From contig OZ249441.1 of assembly GCA_965235115.1 (NCBI GenBank), forward strand, positions 7,564,001 to 7,628,000: 64,000 nucleotides of DNA, read 5' to 3'. The position numbers and the translations under genes were made by a program. Below, one piece after another: positions 47,285 to 60,012 of this stretch. The stretch comes from Laetmonice hystrix. Its lineage: Eukaryota. The notes beneath the pieces were generated by a model. It saw nothing but the letters and a program-made list of their open reading frames with translations, did no database searches and was not told where the DNA came from. Within the stretch, counting starts at the first letter, position 1; each line of letters begins with the position of its first letter.

Positions 47285-47837
47285 CGGACACTTGTTGATT
47301 AGGAAATCAAGATTTGAAGGGGAGAAAATCTGAATAAACTTGGGAAAGTGAACACACCTGTAGAACCTCCCCCCCCCCATCACCATCCAATACCCTCCCC
47401 AGGAAGACGATTGCTATCCCAGATTCCACAAGACGGGGTCCTAAAGGCCCCACAGGATAACGTTTATGAGCTTACAACATTTTTCTCCCTGGTACCCAGG
47501 TGCATAGTTAAACCAGCAGCCCTGCCGGTGGCTTCAAAAGTCGCTTCTTGATTGGCAGCGAGTCTTGGTTAATTACACATTCTCCCGGCTCAGGTGGGCA
47601 TAACATGGTAATTTCTCCTTTTTCTGAGTCATTGAATGTTGCCAGTAAAAATACGCCTAATCCCTTCACGCCAAGAGTCACAGGCCAGAGATGTGAGTTG
47701 TATGGCCGGGCTGTTGTCTCTAAAAGTTAACAAACCTAAGCTGGCATTGCGCAGATCCAGGCTGCAACCACACCTGATACGAGACATTAATTTTAAAGGA
47801 GGACCTCCATCAGGCTGGCTACTGTCAACCTGACAGT

Positions 47838-48231
47838 GCACAAGTTTAAAGGAGGACTTCCATCAGGATGGTCACTGCCTACCTTATAACGCACAAGTTT
47901 AAAGGAGGACTTCCATCAGGATGGTCACTGCCTACCTGCCAACTCACAAGTTTAAAGGAGGACTTCCATCAGGATGGTCACTGCCTACTTTATAACGCAC
48001 AAGTTTAAAGGAGGACTTCCATCAGGATGGTCACTGCCTACCTGCCAACTCACAAGTTTAAAGGAGGATTTTCATCAGGATGGTCACTGCCTACCTGCCA
48101 ACGCACAAGTTTAAAGGAGGACTTCCATCAGGATGCCTACCTTATAACGCACAAGTTTAAAGGAGGACTTCCATCAGGATAGTCACTGCCTACCTGACAA
48201 CGCACAAGTTTAAATGAGGACTTCCATCAGG
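47838..48231. repeat. 53-bp minisatellite, ~7.5 copies
   Basis: GCACAAGTTTAAAGGAGGACTTCCATCAGGATGGTCACTGCCTACC... Confidence 0.9.
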
Positions 48232-48584
48232 CCTCCGGCTACTGCCCATCCGACAGGCTGTGGCAGACTGTGATATTTTTGACTCCGGCCTCTGGGTCGT
48301 CATTCAGTGTCTCACCTCCCTCCCCATCAAACGACCCTCGGACATGAACGACCTGTGTACTGAGCCCACCACCAGGCCCCCGGTCCGGTTTTAATTGGTG
48401 AAATCCATCAACCTGAGAACAGTGAATCACGAGGCGCCCAGCCGGTACCTCCAGGCAGGAAGGCCGTGACCCTGGAGACCATCAGCGCCACCTGGAGGAC
48501 CCTGGAGGAATAGACGGCTACAGGACGGAGAAGGGAGCACTGATAGGTGAGGTCGGCAAGATGTCCACTGTAAGGGCCTGTTAC

Positions 48585-49115
48585 GGGCCTGTCAGGGTCC
48601 GGTCATGGGCCTGTCAGGGCCCAGGGTCCAGTCATGGGCCTGTCAGGGTCTGTCAGGGGCCTGTAAGGGCCTGTCAGGGTCCGGTCAGGGGCCTGTCAGG
48701 GTCTGTCAGGGGCCTGTAAGGGCCTGTCAGGGTCCGGTCAGGGACTGTCAGTGTCCGGTCAGGATCCTGTCAGGGTCTGTCAGGGTCCGGTCAGGGGCCT
48801 GTCAGGGCCTGTCAGGGGCCTGTAAGGGCCTGTCAGGGTCCTGTCAGGGCCTGTCAGGGTCCGGTCAGGGCCTGTCAGGGGCCTGTAAGGGCCTGTAAGG
48901 GGCCTGTCAGGGGCCTGTCAGGAGCCTGTCAGGGGCCTGTCAGGGTCCGGTCAGGGGCCTGTGTACGGGGTTGACGGACCGTTCAGGGGCCTGTAATGGC
49001 CTGTAAGGGCCTGTCAGGGGCCTGTGTACGGGGTTGACGGACCGTTCAGGGGCCTGTAAGGGCCTGTCAGGGGCCTGTGTACGGGGTTGACGGACCGTTC
49101 AGGGACCTGTAAGGG
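48585..49115. repeat. 10-11-bp degenerate repeat (GGGCCTGTCAG)
   Basis: Visible periodicity with a longer sub-unit near the end. Confidence 0.9.
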
Positions 49116-49303
49116 CGGGTGGTACCGATAGGAAGACGTAGTGGTTGCAGTCGGGTCGTCACGACCAATACTCGCGGAGATTCCTAACTGTCCTGCCTTG
49201 ATCCATCCATCATTGTCCGTCTACATACAGTCACCACTTCGTCTCCCCAAACCCCCTCCCTCCTCCTTCCAGCTGTTCGAACTAGGTACGTGAGGGACAA
49301 CCA

Positions 49304-49407
49304 AGGCTGTGTTCAGTAGCAAGGAGCGTCACACAACGTTACGAAACGTAACGGATAGCCGAACTTTTCTTGACGTTTTCTGACAACACGTACTGCTGAA
49401 CGCACCT
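49304..49407. mobile_element. ~100-bp MITE-like element related to 15555-15610
   Basis: AGGCTGTGTTCAGTAGC...TACTGCTGAACGCACCT imperfect inverted termini; internal hairpin CGTTACG-AAA-CGTAACG. Confidence 0.4.
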
Positions 49408-52400
49408 TTTGTCCTACATGGTCAGCGGTGCGGCCAAGGTCACCGCTGGACATGGGTCCTTCGGAGATAAATCAAAACCTTGTCATGTTTCCTTTTCAAG
49501 AACTTCAAGATGTTTTAGGATCCTGCGGGTATATCTTCATGGTGATAACATTTTGAGATCAGAGCCGACCTCTTGAGGTCTTTCTACAGACTCTGAACTC
49601 CTGACAACTTCCACAATATCACTCTCCCACCAGAGGGCCACCAGAGGGCCACCAGTCGGGCCGGGTAAAGGACATGGCGCTGGTTCGCTCTGGTGTTGTG
49701 ATAGAGTCATAGATCTATAAGCCGCTGATGACTTAAATGATATAAGCCGATAACGATTAAATCACATAAGCCGCTGTCTACCAGCAGATCTGTGGCCAGA
49801 AATAAGGCAGTAATAGCGCGTGTTAGTGAGGGCTGTAAGTACAGCGTGTTGTGGTCGGTTCACAACACGATACGCCGTCCTCGGCAATCAATCGTCCTCA
49901 TCAACAAATCCATTATGTCCTCGGAAAGGTTTGAGTTGGTAGCGACCGGCGCCTGATCCAAGCAATGGTAGCAGTCAGATGTGTGTGCACTTAAAGTCGG
50001 CGAGTTAAGTCGGCGTCACCTCCAACCAATCGGATTAATGAACCGGGATTAGGCCGCAAAATACACCGGTGTGACTGGAGAAATTCCCGGCAATAAGAGA
50101 TGCCATTTAGTATTTAATTATCATACCCAATATATCATGCCAAAGTCCATTTATGTGGTGACATGGGGATCATTTTCCAGCAAAGAAACTTATCAAATTC
50201 CGCTGATAAAGCCACCGCTATTATACACTGATTGCATTAGGCTTGAACGTATCTTTGCCAGGTTGATGAATAATTTAATTATCCTCATTCGGTAACCCTT
50301 TTTTATAGGTTCAATATATTATTGTATGTGAATCTATGTTAGAGAGGAGTTAGTTGGGACTGACAATGCTCGGCCTTGTCTCAGCGGATCATCCTGGATA
50401 CCATTCGTTATATCATTTAATTCACTGATTATATATTTGCAGTGACCTAACACCCTAAATGAAACGCTACAATAGAAGCAATCGATAGCAGGAAGAGAAA
50501 CTCCTGGAATTTCTAATAAAACCTTCCTCTGAGTTGTTTGTCCTGACGCCTCAATCATAAACCAACGCCAGAATAAAATGACAACTATATGAACAAAGTG
50601 GATCATTCGAGAATACACTGAAAAAATCCAACGTATAATTAAATCGGCCACGGATAGTGAAAATCGGCAAGTCTAATTGTCAAACCATTATTTGGCTCCT
50701 TAATCGAGGCTCTAAGGTCAATTAGCTATAGAAGTACACATCTCATGCCTATAGACTTTCGCGGGTGATATTCGACAGGGATTTCCGGTATCTGTGAGCA
50801 TGGCCCGATGAGGCATGGCCTTCCCAAGGCGCGCAGTCCATGAGGCACGGGTCCATGAGGCCCAGGACTCCGGCAGTGTGGCAGCCCCCTGGCGGCGCCT
50901 CCCGACACTGAGGGCCGAGTCCGGGAAGCGCCCCCAACGGCCCCCTGCGGTACCTGAGATAAAGTTACGTCAAAAGGTCAGAGGGAATCATGTTGTCGAC
51001 ATGTGACCCATCCATCCTCACGCATCTCGCCGCCTACTCTCAGCGTTTTTACCGTGGTTAAATAGCCGCGTCCAGGCAACCTTCAGTCGGGACGCTGGGT
51101 TCAGAGCGCCACCTGGCGGGCACGTCAATCACAGTCTCTCCGACCACAGCGCCACCACAGCCATCCCTCCCACAAACACCGACACCAGACAGACGACAAA
51201 ACCGTCCCCATTCGTGAATCCTCGGCCATATCTTCGAAAGTAGCCTCGGGTGAAACAGGTGCCATTTTGAGCATTGCATCTCGGGTACATTTAGCCGGGA
51301 CTCTCGACAGCATGGCAGTGCTTGCAGTATTTTGTCTGCATCAGGCATGGAAGCAACTAAAATAGGCCTACAATGCTTTCCCCGAAGTCAGTGGGCAATA
51401 TTACAATAGTATCATGTCATGATACAACTTAAATTACAACATGATTACAAGTAGTCCTACCATGTGTCGGGCCAGTGTCGTACGCGTGTCGTACATGGGC
51501 GCGGCCATATTGCTTCCCAGAATTTAATAAATTACCGTATTGACGCCCATTTAGGTAATTGGGTGATTCATTTTTCTTCTTCAAACGTTCCCCTTCATAC
51601 TAGAAATTTATATTTGCACATACAACGCCGAAGGAGCGGGTGTCAATAATGCACTACTTCCTGGCTCGATGGGATATGACGGTTCACTCAGTGCCTCGCT
51701 ACACACCTCCATTTGGCGGTGTATCTGGTTGCCAAACATGGCCGCTATTCCACCCGAGGGTATATTCGAATAGCAGGAAGTGACGTCATATGCCCGAGGG
51801 AGTCCCGAATGAACCGTCCCATCCCGCCGCTGTTTACCGGTAATGTATAGACTAGGGAAAAGTATCCAGCATTTGTAGAGATCCCCACATAGCTCTAGTG
51901 AGGTGCATTCCCTGGATGTGTCCTCCAGTAGGTGGAGAGAGACGCTGGTCTCCCTCCTGCTGAGAGACACATCCTCCAGACCACAGCCTGGAGGTAACTG
52001 GTGGCTGTACAACGGTTCATCACTTATAACATGGGAGATAGGTACCCGAACACATGAGGCTGATATAACAAACCGGTTCAGTCAGGGTCACTCGGAATCT
52101 TTGCTACATTTGACGTTTCATCCTGTCCCCGCCGCTGGGCAATACATCGCCTCAATTTCTAAAGTTGTTTAGAATTCTGACTTAAAAAAGACTGCTTAAT
52201 CTAGCCTAAATATGGAGAAATAAAATATATATATGTAGAGAGCAACTCTTTTTTTTTTTTTGGGGGGGGGGGGTCATTTGTGTCATAGCATTGACAAGAA
52301 AGCCGATCTTTACATTACCACCAGATACGCCAAGGTAAGGGACACATTTCACAATCTTATATTATATCTCACAATACATTCGGCATGTTATCTTCCATAG

Positions 52401-53789
52401 TTCAGCCCCACAACTCCAAATAGCTCCCTAGAAAAAACTACTAATGTTGTCCGTCATCCAATGGGATGTGATAGGCAGGGTCGGACACTGTTTACGTGTC
52501 CGTCGGGTACTGATAAAGAGAGACGAAAGCTGTGGAAACATTCAGATAAGCATCATTAGATGAGTCTTCCTCAGGTTCCCGACTCCCACGTCCCCGCCAA
52601 GTTCTTTGATAATATAATCACTCCACATGGTCGCCACCACCGGGGATCCAAGTCGCCATACCCCCTGACCTACCCACCCCAAGGGGGTCGTATCCTGAAC
52701 CCCTCATGACGTACTGATCACGGCACCAGACCTCCCCATTGTGGCACTGACCTTTGATCTGACCCCGTCACGTGACCTCTGTAGGTGGGTGTTGCTATCT
52801 CCGTATAAGTTGTTGCTGTTTATACCAAGTGTCATGTTCACATACACAGCCCGCGCCAGGTGCCCCCCCCCCCCTCCCCTCCCCACCACCTCCAGGGCCC
52901 TGGCCAGCGAATTTCGCACCATTTTTTTCGAAGGACATCTTCCTCTCCTCCTGCTGAGTGATTCAAGGCCTTACATACATCACATCTCTGATTTCTTCAG
53001 GCCTCGGCTCAGGTTTTACTTTATCAAACCGTGTCGGCTTTGAGTGCCGGATACATTTTTAAAGGAAACTCCAACCTCCCACCGACATGTTTCAGTCTAT
53101 GTACATATTTCTTTCCTTAATATCAAAACCTTAATATCAACAGCGCACGTTTTCATATAAGTATGGCTATTTTTCATGATCCCGGTGACATGAACTTAAA
53201 AACATGGCCGACCCCATTTCTCTTTCCACATACATCTCGTATAAACTAGCAGAATACATGTGCCATTATTCATTTACATGTGCCATTATTTATTCACAAA
53301 GCTCTATTTATTTACACGTGTCTTTAAATATCACTTACTTAAAATTTCCCAAAATTCTTTTATTTATTTGATTTTAACTCTAACTCTAATTTTAACAAGT
53401 TATCAAATTATGTCCGTCCCGACACCATGTCTGGTGGCAAACATCTTCCTATATGTATAAGGACGTGTTAACCTGTGGCCGGCTAACAGGTTGAGTTCTG
53501 GCCAAGTCTCCCACGTTACTCCAAGCAAGCATGCCAGCGCCCAGACGCTTAAAATATAATACGACTCGTCGATTTAAAGTGTTTTGGAAGGTAGGAAAAA
53601 GAAATACTTCAACTGGAGTATATGCCACGTATATTTCTTGCTGCGAGTGAAAGCTGAACCAAAGCAAGTCGGTCCGAACGGATGAGCCACGTTGTAAGCT
53701 GGATCGTTCGATATACACCCGTACACATGTTGGTTATTCTCCCATGGTAACTTCCAGTCCCAGACAACATTTCTGGGTAAGGGTTAGGG

Positions 53790-54250
53790 TTAAGGTCAGG
53801 GATAGGGATAGGGATATTATGTCTTTGGGAAGTGTAGGGACCGAGTTAGGAGTTAGGGATAAGGTCAGGGATAGGGATATTATGTCTTTGGGAAGTGTAG
53901 GGACCGAGGTTAGGAGTTAGGGATAAGGTCAGGGATAGGGATATTATGTCTTTGGGAAGTGTAGGGACCGAGGTTAGGAGTTAGGGATAAGGTCAGGGAT
54001 AGGGATATTATGTCTTTGGGAAGTGTAGGGACCGAGGTTAGGAGTTAGGGATAAGGTCAGGGATAGGGATATTATGTCTTTGGGAAGTGTAGGGACCGAG
54101 GTTAGGAGTTAGGGATAAGGTCAGGGATAGGGATATTATGTCTTTGGGAAGTGTAGGGACCGAGGTTAGGAGTTAGGGATAAGGTCAGGGATAGGGATAT
54201 TATGTCTTTGGGAAGTGTAGGGACCGAGGTTAGGAGTTAGGGATAAGGTC
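53790..54250. repeat. 64-bp minisatellite x7
   Basis: GGGATATTATGTCTTTGGGAAGTGTAGGGACCGAGGTTAGGAGTTAGGGATAAGGTCAGGGATA. Confidence 0.95.
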
Positions 54251-54462
54251 GGGGCTATGGATCTTTACTTCCGACAAAATCTCGTGGGTTTGAAGTTACC
54301 ACGGGTTTTGTGTATAGACTACTGCTATACCAAACCTCTACCGGTTCAAGATTCATGGGAAATCTTAGCATCTCGATGATACCTCCAAACATTATTAACA
54401 GGTTCCCTAGTCCCAGTGAGTCGTGACAGGTGGACTGACTGGTCAGCTGGCTAGTGGACATA

Positions 54463-55629
54463 CAGAACGAACAGTCAGTTGTAACATATTCACCGATACA
54501 CTCACACAGAAAGGAGTCAGTTTAATGCTGTCAGAACGAACAGTCAGTTGTAACATATTCACCGATACACTCACACAGAAAGGAGTCAGTTTAATGCTGT
54601 CAGAACGAACAGTCAGTTGTAACGTATTCACCGATACACTCACACAGAAAGGAGTCAGTTTAATGCTGTCAGAACGAACAGTCAGTTGTAACGTATTCAC
54701 CGATATACTTACACAGAAAGGAGTCAGTTTAATGCTGTCAGAACGAACAGTCAGTTGTAACGTATTCACCAATCCACTCACACAGAAAGGAGTCAGTTTA
54801 ATGCTGTCAGAACGAACAGTCAGTTGTAACATATTCACCGATACACTCACACAGAAAGGAGTCAGTTTAATGCTGTCAGAACGAACAGTCAGTTGTAACG
54901 TATTCACCGATATACTCACACAGAAAGGAGTCAGTTTAATGCTGTGTCAGAACGAACAGTCAGTTGTAACGTATTCACCGATATACTCACACAGAAAGGA
55001 GTCAGTTTAATGCTGTCAGAACGAACAGTCAGTTGTAACATATTCACCAATCCACTCAAACAGGAGTCAGTTTAATGCTGTCAGAACGAACAGTCAGTTG
55101 TAACATATTCACCGATACACTCACACAGAAAGGAGTCAGTTTAATGCTGTCAGAACGAACAGTCAGTTGTAACGTATTCACCGATATACTCACACAGAAA
55201 GGAGTCAGTTTAATGCTGTCAGAACGAACAGTCAGTTGTAACATATTCACCGATACACTCACACAGAAAGGAGTCAGTTTAATGCTGTCAGAACGAACAG
55301 TCAGTTGTAACGTATTCACCGATACACTCACACAGAAAGGAGTCAGTTTAATGCTGTCAGAACGAACAGTCAGTTGTAACACATTTACCGATACACTCAC
55401 ACAGAAAGGAGTCAGTTTAATGCTGTGTCAGAACGAACAGTCAGTTGTAACATATTCACCGATACACTCACACAGAAAGGAGTCAGTTTAATGCTGTCAG
55501 AACGAACAGTCAGTTGTAACACATTTACCGATACACTCACACAGAAAGGAGTCAGTTTAATGCTGTCAGAACGAACAGTCAGTTGTAACGTATTCACCAA
55601 TCCACTCACACAGAAAGGAGTCAGTTTAA
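54463..55629. repeat. 69-bp minisatellite, ~17 copies
   Basis: CAGAACGAACAGTCAGTTGTAACATATTCACCGATACACTCACACAGAAAGGAGTCAGTTTAATGCTGT. Confidence 0.95.
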
Positions 55630-56507
55630 CTTGTGCTGTGTTAAAGCTCCAGGTTGGAGCAGCCTGGTCGGGTCGAACGAGGACGTGTTCTCCCTCACTC
55701 TGTGACCAGATACAGGTACCTGTCATTAAAAATGACAGGCAGCAGAGATGGTGGATGACAGGTGCTGCCCCCTAACTACTTAAATACATCTTAATGTGTC
55801 AACATGTAATTAGAAACCAGATGCGCTCCGCTGTCGGCAATGTCACTGCGCTGACATGACAACGGTTTTGTATTTTGAACATTTTGATTCATTTCTGACA
55901 TAAGGCGTCGTCCAACGTCACATAAATAAGTTTGAATTCTCCTCATGAGGTGGTGGTATTTAACCTTGGAAACAATCCCCACACATAGTGACATATTGTA
56001 ATGGGATTTGCTGTAACAATAAGGTTTCAACCAGGCAAGAAGGAAGCTATGACTTATGTTTCCTCCTCATAAATGTTAAAAGAAGGAAACATTTATTTTA
56101 TATTCAGATGTCTACTGGATGAATAGATTTTTAGCAGTACGACTTACAAACTATTCCTACCTCCAGGCTCATAATGAAGACCTTAGACATGTTGTCAGGA
56201 GGTAACGACAAAGGTTGATAGGGAGCACAAGTGCCAGGAATATTTAGAATTTCTGGAGGTTGTATAACACCCCCGCCACAGAACACAGGTGTGCTTGTTT
56301 TGTACCGAATGCCTAATCAAAGGGCCCCTTGGTTCCCATAAAAAACACCAGGGTGCGCCTCATGCACACATCTGGCAACCTCGTTTTTTTCGGCGGGTAC
56401 GCCGAGAGGAAGAGCCGCGGGAGAGGGTTGGGTGCAGGGCCGGGGGGGGGGCAAGTTTTTTTTCAGGTCTGTGGACCCGGAGTAGGAGTTAGAGTTTGGG
56501 GTTAGGT

Positions 56508-57772
56508 CAAACCAGCCTACCTGTAGGCAGACCAAAGTCTCTCTCTGTGGGTTTACCTGTGGTCAACCCGGCCTACCTGTAGGCAGACCAGAGTCTCTCT
56601 CTGTGGGTTTACCTGTGGTCAACCCGGCCTACCTGTAGGCAGACCAGAGTCTCTCTCTGTGGGTTTATCTGTGGTCAACCCGGCCTATCTGTAGGCAGAC
56701 CAGAGTCTCTCTGTGTGGGGTTACCTGTGGTCAACCCGGCCTACCTGTAGGCAGACCAGAGTCTCTCTCTGTGGGTTTACCTGTGGTCAACCCGGCCTAC
56801 CTGTAGGCAGACCAGAGTCTCTCTCTCTCTGTGGGTTTACCTGAGGTCAACCCGGCCCACCTGTAGGCAGACCAGAGTCTCTCTCTGTGGGTTTACCTGT
56901 GGTCAACCCGGCCTACCTGTAGCAGACCAGAGTCTCTCTCTGTGGGTTTACCTGTGGTCAACCCGGCCTACCTGTAGGCAGACCAGAGTCTCTCTCTGTG
57001 GGTTTACCTGTGGTCAACCCGGCCTACCTGTAGGCAGACCAGAGTCTCTCTCTGTGGGTTTACCTGTGGTCAACCCGGCCTACCTGTAGGCAGACCAGAG
57101 TCTCTCTCTGTGGGTTTACCTGTGGTCAACCCAGCCTACCTGTACACAGACCAGAGTCTCTCTGTGTGGGTTTACCTGTGGTCAAACCGGCCTGCCTGTA
57201 GGCAGACCAGAGACTCTCTCTGTGGGTTTACCTGTGGTCAAACCGGCCTACCTGTAGGCAGACCTGAGTCTCTCTCTGTGTATTTACCTGTGGTCAACCC
57301 GGCCTATCTGTAGGCAGACCAGAGTCTCTCTCTGTGGGGTTACCTGTGGTCAAACCGGCCTACCTGTAGGCAGACCTGAGTCTCTCTCTGTGTATTTACC
57401 TGTGGTCAACCCGGCCTACCTGTAGGCAGACCAGAGTCTCTCTCTGTGTATTTACCTCTAGTCAACCCGGCCTACCTGTAGGCAGACCAGAGTCTCTCTG
57501 TGTGGGTTTACCTGTGGTCAAACCGGCCTGCCTGTAGGCAGACCAGAGACTCTCTCTGTGGGTTTACCTGTGGTCAACCCGGCCTGCCTGTACGCAGACC
57601 AGAGTCTCTCTCTGTGGGTTTACCTGTGGTCATCCCGGCCTACCTGTAGGCAGACCAGAGTCTCTCTGTGTGGGTTTACCTGTGGTCAAACCGGCCTGCC
57701 TGTAGGCAGACCAGAGACTCTCTCTGTGGGTTTACCTGTGGTCATCCCGGCCTACCTGTAGGCAGACCAGAG
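56508..57772. repeat. 56-bp minisatellite, ~22 copies
   Basis: AACCCGGCCTACCTGTAGGCAGACCAGAGTCTCTCTCTGTGGGTTTACCTGTGGTC. Confidence 0.95.
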
Positions 57773-58881
57773 CATCTCTGTACTCCCAGAAAGTGATAAC
57801 ATCTCCTAGTTAACAGATTATCTGAGACATGATGGTTGGAGGACGGGGTAAAGTGGTACGGGTACAATCCGATCACATCACCCAGTGACCGCCTAGTGAC
57901 GGTACGAAAAAAACACCCCTTTCCCCAAGTGCTAGGGTTGAGCGGGTGTATAGTCTGTTGGTGGTCATCATGTCTGCTGGCACACGATCACCACCCCACC
58001 TGGTGGGTACCATGGTTATTACCTACCCACCCTATCCAGGTGAGATAGCCCAGGTAAACACCCACCTGTTATAGCGGTCACGAGGCCTGTGGTTGCCCAC
58101 CTGCCAACCTATCACAGCAGTCGGCTGACAGCAGCCCCCCCCCCCCCCATGTCCCCTACCCTGATGGTGTCCAGCAACGGGTGGGTAGCCCGCCTTGCAA
58201 AATATATGAGTTTTAGGGGCGCAACCCCGCTGACCACCCCCCACCCCCACCCCCACCCAGGAATCGCGATCCGGAGGTCTGACCTGGCCGGAATGTGGCC
58301 ACCTGGTGGCAGAGGGCGCCACTGAGGGCCACGGTAACTCCTTGACGCGAGTCTAACACCCCCCCCCTCCTCAGACTCCATGATTGGTGTTTGTGTGTGT
58401 GTGTGTGGGGGGGGGGTGTTCAATATGATACAGCATGGGGCGAGAGACTATGACACTTCCTAGATGAACGTAGGGGTACCTGTAGCCACCCCAGGTGACC
58501 TGTAGCCACCCCAGGTGATATACACTCACTGGGTGCGATGGGACAAGTCTCTAACATCCCGCCTGTCGAGGGTACTCGTAATGGTTGTCTCGTTAAAGAG
58601 TAATAAATATTGGACAAGGTAATCACACACTGCCGTGCCATCCTGATTACTTGCTTGATTGTTCCGTTTGGTCCCCCTAGGTGGCGCTGCGTTGCGGGAA
58701 CACCCATTCGGGGCTATACGTACAGACCATTAATCACAGAGACAAGGGGACCCTAGACCGGGGCCATTGTTCTCTGACAAGGCAGGCCTGTAGATATAAT
58801 AGATGGCCGGGGAGTTGAAGTGAAGGCCTCGGCCGCCGCCTCCACAGGCGAGTCGGACATCAGTCATCGTGTTCTACATAC

Positions 58882-58938
58882 CGCTATTAGAACTGACTGA
58901 CTGACTGTCGACGGACGGTGGTCGTTCACATGGTCCGC
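58882..58938 (-). CDS. SPON1: Candidate upstream F-spondin exon (start of Reeler region)
   Basis: tgtccccctgcag|GC GGA CCA TGT...AGC G|gtatgt; 57 nt, phase 1-1; (G)GPCERPPSVDSQSVSSNS(G) resembles the C-x-R-x-P opening of invertebrate F-spondin Reeler domains. I could not find the linking exon(s) to 46247. Confidence 0.4.
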
Positions 58939-58943
58939 CTGCA

Positions 58944-60012
58944 GGGGGACAGGCCAGGGAGGAACAACTCTCCCTGACACAAACACATACTGGGGGGACA
59001 GGCCAGGGAGGAACAACTCTCCCCCAGACAAACACATACTGGGGGACAGGCCAGGGAGGAACAACTCTCCCTGACACAAACACATACTGGGGGGACAGGC
59101 CAGGGAGGAACAACTCTCCCCCAGACAAACACATACTGGGGGACAGGCCAGGGAGGAGCAACTCTCCCTGACACAAACACATACTGGGGGGACAGGCCAG
59201 GGAGGAACAACTCTCCCCCAGACAAACACATACTGGGGGGACAGGCCAGGGAGGAGCAACTCTCCCCCAGACAAACACATACTGGGGGGACAGGCCAGGG
59301 AGGAGCAACTCTCCCTGACACAAACACATACTGGGGGACAGGCCAGGGAGGAGCAACTCTCCCCCAGACAAACACATACTGGGGGGACAGGCCAGGGAGG
59401 AGCAACTCTCCGACACAAACACATACTGGGGGACAGGCCAGGGAGGAACAACTCTCCCTGACACAAACACATACTGGGGGACAGGCCAGGGAGGAGCAAC
59501 TCTCCCCCAGACAAACACATACTGGGGGGACAGGCCAGGGAGGAGCAACTCTCCCTGACACAAACACATACTGGGGGACAGGCCAGGGAGGAGCAACTCT
59601 CCCTGACACAAACACATACTGGGGGGACAGGCCAGGGAGGAGCAACTCTCCCTGACACAAACACATACTGGGGGGACATGCCAGGGAGGAGCAACTCTCC
59701 CTGACACAAACACATACTGGGAGGTGGGCAGACCAGGGAGGAGCAACTCTCCCTGACACAAACACATACTGGGGGGAAAGGCCAAGGAGGAGCAACTCTC
59801 CCCCAGACAAACACATACTGGGGGACAGGCCAGGGAGGAGCAACTCTCCCTGGCACAAACACATACTGGGGGGGGGGCAGGCCAGGGAGGAGCAACTCTC
59901 CCTGACACAAACACATACTGGGGGGACAGGCCAGGGAGGAGCAACTCTCCGACACAAACACATACTGGTGGGGGGGGGGGACAGGCCAGGGAGGAGCAAC
60001 ACAAACACATAC
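58944..60012. repeat. 48/49-bp minisatellite, ~22 copies, abutting the candidate acceptor at 58938
   Basis: GGGGGACAGGCCAGGGAGGAGCAACTCTCCCTGACACAAACACATACT. Confidence 0.95.

Noticed and set aside
48239-48560. Segments with exon-like boundaries (VDGFHQ..RGSFDGEG; VYSSRVLQVALMVSRVTAFLPG) as missing Reeler or signal-peptide exons
   Set aside because: Phases are incompatible with the phase-0 exon at 46247, Reeler motifs are absent, and the order is wrong for a signal peptide.
53776-54250. TTAGGG-like words as interstitial telomere
   Set aside because: Only isolated imperfect hexamers inside a 64-bp unit.
54423-55775. 23-aa repeat ORFs (MLSERTVSCNIFTDTLTQKGVSL)n
   Set aside because: A 69-bp unit is open in frame on both strands; no recognisable protein.
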